A DNA stretch of 64,000 bases from Neoechinorhynchus agilis (taxonomy: Eukaryota > Animalia > Acanthocephala): positions 16,656,784 through 16,720,783 of the forward strand of contig CM121341.1 of assembly GCA_051530055.1 (NCBI GenBank). Direction: 5' to 3'. The position numbers were made by a program, and so were the translations under genes. Every line of letters begins with the position of its first letter. Within the stretch, counting starts at the first letter, position 1. This document shows positions 26,901 through 37,683 of this stretch, one piece after another. The notes under the pieces were generated by a model that saw nothing but the letters and a program-made list of their open reading frames with translations, did not search any database and was not told the DNA's origin.

Positions 26901-29256
26901 TGATGAATATTACGAAAAACCGACGATGAATAAAACGAATACTGAAAAAAGTAGAACGTTGAAAGCTTTATCTCTTTCAAAAAGCGCACATTGAATTCTG
27001 CGAGAAACGATTAACGCCTAAAGGATGATGTATACGACAACGAGAGGATGAATACGATCAACAATAAAACAAATCCAACGCTTTAAAGTATAACTTCTCT
27101 GGGAAAACGCATACGAAATTTTGCGAGCACACTGAAAGCTTTCTGAAATATGTTTAAAGGGTGATGAATATTACGAAAAACCGACGATGAATAAAACGAA
27201 TACTGAAAAAAATAGATCGCCGAAAGTTTTATCTCTTTGAAGAAGCGCAAGCGTTAATTTCTGCGAAAACAATAAATGCCTTCATGTATTACAGATTATG
27301 TATACGACAGAGCGATGATGAATTCGACAAGTACTGAAACAAACCCAAAGCCGAATTCTTTATCTATATGAAGAAGCACACATTGAATTCTGCGACGCTG
27401 ATGATGTATACGACAACGAGAGGATGAATACGATCAACAATAAAACAAATCCAACGCTTTAAAGTATAAGTCCTCCGGGAAGCGATTTTGCGAGCACACT
27501 GAAAGCTTTCTGAAATATGTTTAAAGGGTGATGAATATTACGAAAAACCGACGATGAATAAAACGAATACTGAAAAAAGTAGAACGTTGAAAGCTTTATC
27601 TCTTTAAAAAAGCGCACATTGAATTCTGCGAGAAACGACTAACGCCTGAAGGATTATGTATACGACAACGAGAGGATGAATACGATCAACAATAAAACAA
27701 ATCCAACGCTTTGAAGTATAAGTCCTCTGGGAAAACGCATACGAAATTTTGCCAGCACACTGAAAGCTTTCTGAAATATGTTTAAAGGGTGATGAATATT
27801 ACGAAAAACCGACGATGAATAAAACGAATACTGAAAAAAATAGAACACCGAAAGTTTTATCTCTGTGAAGAAGCGCACGCGTTATTTTCTGCAAAAACAA
27901 TAAATGCCATTATGCATTACAGATGATGTATACGACAGAGCGATGATGAATTCGACAAGTACTGAAACAAACCCATAGCCGAATTCTTTATCTATATGAA
28001 GAAGCGCACATTGAATTCTGCGAGAAACGATTAACGCCTGAAGGATGATGTATACGACAACGAGAGGATGAATACGATCAACAATAAAACAAATCCAACG
28101 CTTTAAAGTATAACTTCTCTTTGAAAACGCATACGAAATTTTGCGAGCACACTGAAAGCTTTCTGAAATATGTTTAAAGGGTGATGAATATTACGAAAAA
28201 CTGACGATGAATAAAACGAATACTGAAAAAAATAGAACACCGAAAGTTTTATCTCTTTGAAGAAGCGCACGCGTTATTTTCTGCAAAAACAATAAATGCC
28301 ATTATGCATTACAGATGATGTATACGACAGAGCGATGATGAATTCGACAAGTACTGAAGCAAACCCAAAGCCGAATTCTTTATCTATATGAAGAAGCGCA
28401 CATTGAATTCTGCGAGAAACGATTAACGCCTGAAGGATGATGTATACGACAACGAGAGGATGAATACGATCAACAATAAAACAAATCCAACGCTTTAAAA
28501 TATAACTTCTCTTTGAAAACGCATACGAAATTTTGCGAGTACACTGAAAGCTTTCTGAAATATGTTTAAAGGGTGATGAATATTACGAAAAACTGACGAT
28601 GAATAAAACGAATACTGAAAAAAGTAGAACGTTGAAAGCTTTATCTCTTTCAAAAAGCGCACATTGAATTCTGCGAGAAACGATTAACGCCTAAAGGATG
28701 ATGTATACGACAACGAGAGGATGAATACGATCAACCATAAAACAAATCCAACGCTTTGAAGTATAACTTCTCTTTGAAAACGCATACGAAATTTTGCGAG
28801 CACACTGAAAGCTTTCTGAAATATGTTTAAAGGGTGATGAATATTACGAAAAACTGACGATGAATAAAACGAATACTGAAAAAAGTAGAACGTTGAAAGC
28901 TTTATCTCTTTCAAAAAGCGCACATTGAATTCTGCGAGAAACGATTAACGCCTAAAGGATGATGTATACGAAAACGAGAGGATGAATACGATCAACAATA
29001 AAACAAATCCAACGCTTTGAAGTATAAGTCCTCTGGTAAAACGCATACGAAATTTTGCGAGCACACTGAAAGCTTTCTGAAATATGTTTAAAGGGTGATG
29101 AATATTATGAAAAACTGACGATGAATAAAACGAATACTAAAAGAATAGATTGCCGAAAGTTTTATCTCTTTGAAGAAGCGCACGCGTTAATTTCTGCGAA
29201 AACAATAAATGCCATTATGTATTACAGATGATGTATACAACAGAGCGATGATGAAT
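11971..29256. repeat. 17.3-kb higher-order satellite of related 122-136 bp monomers (A, B, C1, C2)
   Basis: Monomer starts: A 12051, B 12173, C2 12309, A 12443, B 12565, C1 12701, B 12826. Blocks of 392 bp (A+B+C2) and 261 bp (B+C1) are interspersed. Shared variant sites repeat at about 2.73 kb spacing. Confidence 0.98.
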
Positions 29257-29367
29257 ACTTGTACAAATACAAGGGTGAAAAATATGATTGCCTTTGACGA
29301 AACAAGGGGCACAATTGTGCAGGTGACGCTTATGTACAAATTGGTCGCTCCTAGAATTCTGATTCAT

Positions 29368-29977
29368 TTAATTCGAATTTGTTAATAAAGAGTAAAGGAA
29401 AAAGGTCAAATTCATAGTTATCCATAAGAATGTTGTGACAAACACGGTCGTGTAGTGGTTTTGATTTCCACATGGCACTTTTATTATATCCTCGGATTCG
29501 TGGTGACTTTTGATTTTACACGTTTTTGGATGTACCGTAGGACTGGGTATTTGTACTACATCAAAAGGATCTAAACCGGCTCGATGATACCGCAGATGAA
29601 AAGGAATGTTCATCGTATAATTCGTTGTTACTGTCAGTGTAAAAATTTCATTTCGATTAACTTGAAAGTTTAAGTGCTCAACATTTTGTATTTTAGGATT
29701 CAATGATAGTTCCATTATTTTACGTACTTCAAAGTAGTCCACGTAAAAATCTTGATTGCAGTAGATCTTGTTTGTCGAGTCATACAAGAGTTACTAGCAC
29801 AGATGAGAAGGTGTGACTGATCACAACGAGTTCAGCGAGAGTCTTGTTTGATATAATGTTATATGTAAGACTTCGATGAAATCCTTTTCCTTGGAGTGAC
29901 CATTGAAGTTCACATGGTTCACAAACCGAACAAACGAGAATCGACGATAACATTGAAACAATAGGATGCTTACACAT
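29368..29977 (-). CDS. PIGX: PIG-X/PBN1 family protein, 2 exons
   Basis: Signal-like N-terminus, GFHRSL, FYVDYFEV, PFHLRYH, VPCG and a C-terminal TM. Short GT-AG intron near 29770-29803. Confidence 0.8.
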
Positions 29978-30868
29978 CTTCAAATGGATGAGGTTTGTAC
30001 ACTCAATAACTGAAACTACCCTCTCTTTTTGTTTAAATTGTTGAGAATTGAATTAATTACCAACTACACTTATAAAACAAAAATACTTCATTAACATATA
30101 TACTAAAAATCAAAAGAAAAATAAATTAAGTGACATTAGTTAAGGCTGTAATATTTCACTACGTTTTGCATTATACGCAAACCGTTCAATTTAAACAAGA
30201 AAAACTCAAACATCTATGTATCTAAACGTTCATCTTACGGACAGAAGGGTGTTCAACAGATTTTGGTTAAATCCAGATATTCCGACGGACTTTAAAAATT
30301 CTTTATTTCTAGTTTTAAGTTTACCGAGCCAAATCAAACATCCTATTTAATAAGATTAACAGTGTCTAAAAATCTATAGAGCGACAAACTTTTCGATTTT
30401 TTCAAACTCAACTCCAATAAACATATAGTATTTCTGTTCTGAAAGCAAAAAAGTTTTCGCCTTGTCTTTTTTTTCGTTTTGGTGAAAATCAAACTGTTAA
30501 AATCCTTCCATTTGCTCATCTGATCTTAAAAATTCCCTCTTTTTTAAAAAGCTCAAGAAAGCGATATCGAGCCACAGTGTTTTTTTGTAGACAACAACAC
30601 TATGTTTTGAAGACATGAAGGAATCCTGGTAAGTATTTGTGAGTCCTGAGTTATTACCTCGAAGAGTACCAAATGTGTATATATGCGTGTGCGAAACCTT
30701 TTTACACACCTACTAAGAAAGTAGCCTTGTTCGTCATGAACAACGCTCGGACCCCTACGCATGTGATCGATTCAGAACAATGAGCGATGCGTTAGACGTT
30801 ATATTTTGAGAAAATTGACCAGTCGCTTTCCTCACAATGATTTACATCTTTAGATTTTAGATTGCCGA

Positions 30869-31264
30869 ATGGACCGAAGCCTTGCATTTTTGGACATTCA
30901 AAGAAATGTTTGCCGCACCGCAGGATCGGTGCATGAGTCTCTTATGGATCGATTACTTGCAGGACTCGATAATTTTGACGAATTGGTTCAATTGGTCGAA
31001 AATGTGGCAGATGCGGCTTCGAGAATAATGAAACAAGAAAGTCTGGCGATCTGCCGGCGGAGAGATGACATTGCGATCGATCGCGTCACGATTGAAATAC
31101 ATATTAAAAACCCACCTTATAGATATGGCCGCGTCATGACCATAACCAACCGAGATGGGTTTCATATTCGTAGTAGATACGACAACAGTATGGTTTTTAT
31201 CGAATGTGTTGTTTGTATGTCTTGTAGATGGAATCCTGCTAATAATGGATTCAGCTCAGTGTAG
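30869..31264 (+). CDS. Hypothetical protein exon (upstream exons likely)
   Basis: 131-aa ORF with protein-like composition, preceded by TTTTAG acceptors. No family recognised. Confidence 0.3.
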   Translation: MDRSLAFLDIQRNVCRTAGSVHESLMDRLLAGLDNFDELVQLVENVADAASRIMKQESLAICRRRDDIAIDRVTIEIHIKNPPYRYGRVMTITNRDGFHIRSRYDNSMVFIECVVCMSCRWNPANNGFSSV

Positions 31265-31553
31265 TAATAAACATAATACTTTTGTATTCGAATCATTTCA
31301 GTTGTGACTTGAACATCAGACTAAAGCTTGACTGATGAGTTTCGGCCGTGTAATGGATGTTCACATCAGCTAGAGAGAAAAACGTAACCAGCCACGGGAT
31401 AACATAAATCTAAATGGGTGAAAATGAAGATTAGAATTTGAGGGAAACTTCCTAAAACACAGTGAAGTGTTTAAGTCACATCGCTATTAGAGCTAAAAAC
31501 CGTTTGTTTAGAAGAACGTTGAACTTCAATGTACGGCCATCACGGTTGATAAT

Positions 31554-32279
31554 TTATTTAACACGATTCCAGTATTCCTTCAAGGCTTCATCATCACTTA
31601 GGTTTGACCTTAGTTCTTCCAATTTCTCAGCATTTTGCGGTAACTGATACGCTCTAGTCATAAACAATGGAAGTTTCTTTTCTCTTGAACACGAAATTTG
31701 ACCATAGCAGTCACAAATACATTGTCTTCTAAATCATGAGAACCAACGTCAATTCAGTCCGTAACACACAGACGAAGGAACCCATAGAGCACTCTGATAA
31801 CCGAAACTAGTCGGCCTAGCATCCGATTCTTCACATAAAGTTTGAATAACGTCGTCTTTGGTCAGAGCTTTATCCATTGTTAACTTCTTTATATTGAACA
31901 GCTTTTTAAATCGCAAATGAATCTCCTGCATTGATTGCTCGTAACAATCAACGTAAACCTTTGAATAAAAAGACAGATCCGAGTCATCACTTAAAATGGC
32001 GGTGATCACTGGATTCGGTATCATGTTCAATAATTGCAATATTTGGACATTAGGGTTCTTGTATTGAAGCTGCGGAAGGCGCCAGAAAATAAATTGCCGT
32101 AAACCCTCACAGCAAGGGTTTTCGGTTGTAAGATTAAAAAGTAAAACCTTGACTTGTGGACGCAGAATGATGTCTCCTTTTTCAAGGTACGGAATAGTTC
32201 GTCTAAACGGAGCAGGGCCTTTCATCCAATAATGGCGAACAATCGAAATATGATTTCTTAATGCTGGCCATTGCAACAT
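31554..32279 (-). CDS. MRPS25: Mitochondrial ribosomal protein S25, 2 exons
   Basis: MKGPAPFRRTIPYL, PQLQYKNPNVQI and PTSFGY, then RQCICDCYGQISC in the same frame after two in-frame stops. Confidence 0.88.
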
Positions 32280-32345
32280 CTACAATGATTATGTCGAAAA
32301 ATTCTTCACACTTGAGGACCACTCAATTTAAACAATTTTTGATAG

Positions 32346-32741
32346 TCAACTAGAATGTTCGCCTTCAAACTCGTTCACTTTATCTTTCATGAATTGAAGC
32401 AAATAAGAAAGACCGCTCTCGAGATCTTCGACGGCTTCCATGAACACTTGAACGGGTGCAGCGAATTGACCGGAACCTTCGCTCTTCATTTTTTTCGCCG
32501 CATTTTCGAACAATTGAATTCTCATGTTGACTACGTCTTCGGTTGGATGCGGTAAACAATATCCGGAGAATTCAACACGAGAATCCTTCATTGCAACACA
32601 GCGTAACATGTTGCCCATGGTGTGATTTTCTTCGTTTATTTCAAGGCAACAGCATTTATCTTCATGCAGTCCGGATCGAGGTTTTAATAGGTATACCTTT
32701 CGTTTCCTGTAGTCGTCTAAATGACCTTCGGTAGCTACCAT
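32346..32741 (-). CDS. POLR1D: RNA polymerase I/III subunit RPAC2 (AC19)
   Basis: EENHTMGNMLR and VEFSGYCLPHP...NMRIQ, RPB11-like fold motifs. Confidence 0.85.
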   Translation of the reverse strand: MVATEGHLDDYRKRKVYLLKPRSGLHEDKCCCLEINEENHTMGNMLRCVAMKDSRVEFSGYCLPHPTEDVVNMRIQLFENAAKKMKSEGSGQFAAPVQVFMEAVEDLESGLSYLLQFMKDKVNEFEGEHSS

Positions 32742-33842
32742 CTTGAACTATAAAGAATGGGGATATTCTTCTCGTGCTTCTAACCTTAAAGGGAGGTTGC
32801 AGAAAAGTTTGTCCAAAGAAATCACAACTTTCAGTTACTGCCAATCGCGTGCAAAAGAAATTTTAAATCTAAGCGATACTCGCACGAATGCAAGCTCCAT
32901 TGATTCCTTCAATTATGGCAATTGAAAATGTTGGAGTCGAAGTATAAAGCCGTAGTTCGCATTTACTTGAGTGATCTCCAAATTTCAAAAGTGAATAGAA
33001 AAACGGTGCAAACAAATAACTGTTTCGCCGTGACCAAAATCGGCAATGCAAAAACTCGATTCACAAACGATTGGGTTTTCTTGGTTAACTAAAAACTAAA
33101 AAGCGTCAATTTGCTTTCACTAAGATAATGTTTAAAGCGACAAAATACCAGCTAAACGAACTGCTTCACAAATACATAAACTATACAAAAAACTAGAAAA
33201 GATTGAAGTTCTCAAACTTAATATTTTGAGAAGAGATCATTTTTAAATTACCAAATGTCAACTTTTGAGTTTTAATGGTATTTGAGTATCTGTATTATGA
33301 AGTGCTATAAACATCCTTTGAAATCCTTGACCACAGAAAAATACATCGAAAATCGCTTGTTTATGACATAAAAATTAAAAGAATTTATTGAGTCCGATAT
33401 TTCGAAGGCACAATCTTGGGCTTTTATGGAGGTTGTGCCATGCGATTGTGCCGAAATATCGGATTTATTATGCTCTTTTAATTTTTTTGCCATAAACAAG
33501 TATGAATATGAAATTTAAAAACACATCGAAAATCGATCTCGCACAGCGGTAAGGGCAGCGAAATACTAAAGCAAAATTTGTCCGCATTACAAGTCGTCAA
33601 TTAGAACTAATAAGCAATGTTCATTCTTTAGAGTTCTTCCGGATTTAGAGCACAGATTAAATATCATACGGAGAATACCGGCGCCCGGTTCAATTCTTTA
33701 GGGATATCAATATGTTTTTTTTTGCTGGAATATTGATGGACTTCTTGAGCGAGAGAGAGCAGTGCCTAAAGCGTTAAGCGCCCTGAATTTCGAACTCCGT
33801 TTTGTTCCTAAAGCATTTGTAAATTACTCATTTTGTCGGAAA

Positions 33843-36110
33843 ATGGGACAAAACGCAACTTTTGACGAACATTTCCTTTTCCTGGATGTTTTCACGTTGG
33901 ATCAAGGAACTTAAATTAAACCCAAAGAAAAAGTCAAACATTTTATCTGAAGCAGCCAACAACGGAACTTTGTTGACATTTGACGATGTAATAGAAGTGG
34001 AAGCGAACGTGATCGCAATGTACGATTTCACTTCATCGTCTACGACAAATCCACTTCGGGTTAAAGCATCGGATCCATTGATTGTTGACAGCGAACATTC
34101 GGATGATAATGGATGGCTGATAGTTCATAACAAAGTGAATGGCAGCCACGGTTATATACCTTCGGAATTCGTTGCTCCGTTTCATAGTCTATATTCGCAT
34201 GCTTGGTACCACGGAGCTTTAAGTAGTCAAGAAGCGACTAGAATACTTTTAAGGCAGATTGAATTTGCTACACTATGCGTACGCAAACTCCATCCATATC
34301 AGAACCATTTAAATCGACTAATGAAGTTCCTTTTTTAGTTCGGGATAGCAGTCAGAATTCAATGGATCCAACCGATGTGAGTATATTTATGAGACCTAAA
34401 CGATATACCATCTCAGCTAAGGTCACTACATCTTTCGCAATGCATTTTAGACTTCGAACTGATTCGGATTATACTTTTTATCTTGAAGAAAGTATTCGGT
34501 TTCATTCCCTTGAGTGTCTTATTGAATATTACCGTCAAAATCCAATTACTTTTAAACATGAACCGAAATGTGTTACACTCGGGCAACCGTGCGTTAGAAG
34601 TCAGTTCAATGCAGAGTCTTGTTTAACTCACGTGGATTGGGAAATATCAAGGGATCAAATTCGATTGATTAGGAAATTGGGAAGGGGTAATTTCGCTGAA
34701 GTTTGGTATGGTTTACATGGTGTTGAGGATCTAACCATAACTAAAACAAAGCTTAAAATTAATTTTAAATCACATTTTTGTTCTAAAATTATGATGAATT
34801 GTACTTGTTGTGTGATGGAGCTTCAGCGATCGAATAGATTGAACACGTATTTGAGATCAAAGAAGTCAGTCGTTTTTCAATTTCAGATTAAATTATTGGT
34901 ATTAATTGTTGTTAAAAAGGCGACCGATGCGACCTCGTATATTTCATAAAAAACGTTCATGTTTATTATACTTTTGGTGAAAATAATCCCCATGTCATAA
35001 CATATTTGATTTATTGGAAATATTTCGCAAGATAATCTCGCCTTATTCGATTAGATAAATTTACAATGACTGATTAGGCGAGGTTATTTCGCAAAATATT
35101 GCCAATAAATCAAATATATTACGACATAGGAATTATTTTCACCAATAGTATACTTTGACCAATCCTAAGGATTTTCTATCGATGCTTCATGTTTATTTTT
35201 CGTTTATCCTCTAAGAAACACAGTTCAAATCATATTTATTACCTCTCTGCCTCCAACAATTGCGAATGAGTAAACTTTGGTAGAAACTCGTTGTATATTA
35301 CAAATGTTATAAGGTTCACCAACATCTTCACTAGATTCTGAACATATAGCGAATGAACGAGTTGCAGTTGCCGTAAAGAAGCTTCACTTGTCCGAGGAAG
35401 ATGTGCCGATAACTGCAAAGCGTCGACATACCGAATTATTTTTCAAAGAGGCTGAGTTGATGAAGAAGCTAAGTCATGATAGACTTGTTTCTCTTCATGC
35501 TTTATGTTTCAATACAGAGCCATTTTATATCGTGATGGAGTATATGGAAGGTGGGAGTTTGTTAGATTACATAAGACAGGAAAGAGCAAAAAAAGAATAT
35601 CTTTTTGAAAATATGGTGTATTCGGCAGCTCAAATTATCGATGGAATGGTGTATCTCGAATCCGAAGACTACGTTCATGCGGATTTGGCAGCACGCAATA
35701 TTCTAATAGATCGTTATCGGAATGTCAAGATCGCCGATTTTGGTCTAACGCGAATTGTGAGTACAAAAGAACGACCGGTACAAACCGTGAAAGGTGGGAT
35801 ATTTGCAGTAAAATGGGCCGCGCCCGAAGTAATACTTAGTGTCGAATTCAGCTCAAAGTCTGATGTATGGTCGTTTGCTGTTACAATGTTTGAAATCTTA
35901 AGTTACGGAAATGTTCCGTATGAGAGCGTGCCACATAAATCTATAATTTCCAAATTACTTAATGGATACCGATTGCCGAAACCGAAAATCTGTTCAAAAA
36001 AGTTATATGAAGTAATGATGGACTGTTGGCATTTGAAACCTGAAGATCGACCTTCATTTGCTAAACTACGATCTCTGTTTGACACTATTATTGACCTTCA
36101 TTTTGCTTAG
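33843..36110 (+). CDS. Src/Frk-like non-receptor tyrosine kinase (SH3-SH2-kinase); N-terminus uncertain
   Basis: SH3 (AMYDF...GYIPS), SH2 (WYHG...FLVRDS), WEISR...LGRGNFAEVW, VAVKKL, HADLAARNIL, DFG, KWAAPE and SDVWSF. One frame-shifting insert in SH2 and one long GT-AG intron. Confidence 0.9.
34252..34307 (+). other. Candidate non-canonical hairpin intron in SH2 (AG...CA, 56 nt; 50-nt GG-AG or 59-nt registers also restore frame)
   Basis: A frame change is needed between ATRILL and STNEVPFLVRDS. Stem GATTGAATTTGC/GCAAACTCCATC. Confidence 0.6.
34967..35152. mobile_element. TA-flanked foldback MITE inside the long kinase intron
   Basis: TATACTTTTGGTGAAAATAAT ... ATTATTTTCACCAATAGTATA with long internal inverted arms. 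Confidence 0.8.
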
Positions 36111-36202
36111 ATGTCAATTATTTTAGACTTCAAGTCTGGTGGGTTAGCTGGAGCAATTTCATTTAGACTAAACTTCCCTCGATATTTACTGACGTATTTC
36201 AG

Positions 36203-37614
36203 ATGCTGTCCATTCTTCTAATTACAACTTTCATCGCCGCAATGGATCCACTCACTGAAACGTACATAAATTCTGAGTATCATAGGTTCATTCAGAAAAA
36301 CATATCTCGTTCTCAGTTCCTAAATATTTCCAAAGATTTCCCGAGAACTGCCGAGAGATTGAGTCCGAGTGTTATTGGGTTTGTGACTCCGTGGAATCCG
36401 CATGGATATCGGTTATCGCGTGATGGATGTAGACAAAAGAAGCTCACAATAGTCTCACCTGCTTGGTATAGACTTAGTAGGGAAGGGAAGCTAGAAGGTG
36501 AAGATGTCGTATAACAATCAAGTGGACACATTTTTCGGGTTGCATGAGAAAATCTAAAAAATCGGTCAGACATGAATATAATTGCATCCATTTTTTATAT
36601 TCAAGAAAAGTAAAAAGGGCGCAATGGTTGTTGTTACTTTCGCTATTATGAAAAGTCCGTCCGATTGAAAACACTCAGTGGAATGAAGAAAAAATGCCAA
36701 AATGTATCCATTAGATTCTCCCTTGGACATAAATTTCAATTTGTTCGTTGAGGTCTATTGATTTTCTCGAATCACTACATTTTAAATTTCAAAAAATTAG
36801 AACTTTGAAATTAGCATTGTTCATTTATATTCCAAAATGCGTCCATTTGGCATAAAAGAAGATTACCTTAAAGATATAAGTAACTGTGCATGCATTCCCC
36901 GAGTTTCCTTTGAAGATTTTGACTTACAATCAGTCAAAAGATTAAATGAGAACTCCACTTTGTATAGTAATGTAAAACACAAGCTATTCAAACTTCTCGC
37001 ATTATACGAAGGTCTAGTTTTGGACTTTGGACCACTTTTGCTCCGTTTCGCTATGCCAAGCTGTATAAAAATTTTACGTGATCTTCGTTCATACAATCGG
37101 ACTCTCGTGATTGCGATTTCACCCGTTAGTAAACTTCGACCCCTTGATTATGAAACTATAGGAGATTTTGTGAGTCTAATTTCTCTTGGAATGTATGATT
37201 ATCAGACAGTTGCTGGACCATTGGCGCCAATTCATTGGATAGAAGAAGTGTTGACTAAAGTCCCGCTTAGCGTGAGAAATAAGACACTTTTAGGCCTGAA
37301 CTTTTACGGATATAAATGGGCCAAAGACGGTCTTAGTGTGGGTTTGAATGAGAGAACGACGACTTGTATCTCTCATTCATCTTTTAAAAGTGACAACACA
37401 AGCAGATATGATGGAGCTACTGAAGCGAAAACATAAAATTAGCTGGAATGAACAGTACGAGGAACATTTCTTTGAGAACAACCAGCATTTGGTGGCATAT
37501 CCAACGGGACGGAGCATTGCTATCCGTGTGGAATTGGCGAATCGAATGAAAATGGCGGGCGTCGCAGCGTGGGAGATCGGTCAAGGGTTTGATTATTTCA
37601 TGCATCTTTTGTAA
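36203..37614 (+). CDS. CHID1: Chitinase domain-containing protein 1 (GH18-like), 3 exons
   Basis: Signal peptide, GFVTPWNPHGY, SPAWY, IPRVSFEDF, MYDY, GPLAPIHWI, LLGLNFYG, YPT and WEIGQG. Confidence 0.9.
36512..36854 (+). other. Candidate non-canonical TA...TA intron with terminal inverted repeats (343 nt)
   Basis: TIR TCAAGTGGACACATTTT (36518-36534) / AAAATGCGTCCATTTGG (36834-36850). Removal gives EGEDVV-KEDYLKDI. Confidence 0.6.
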
Positions 37615-37683
37615 GAAAATAATTGAAATCTGAGTGCTTGTTTTTATTACTTAAACATAGATAACATGGATTCATTTGGCTAT

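Noticed and set aside
11971-29256. Many hydrophobic minus-strand ORFs in the satellite, suggesting a giant multi-TM repeat protein or TAA=Gln recoding
   Set aside because: The frames examined contain recurrent stops and frameshifts. The hydrophobicity follows from the T-rich strand, and real genes in the window use TAA as stop.
11971-29256. CRISPR-like array
   Set aside because: There are no unique spacers, monomers are over 120 bp and contiguous, the context is eukaryotic, and no cas genes are present.
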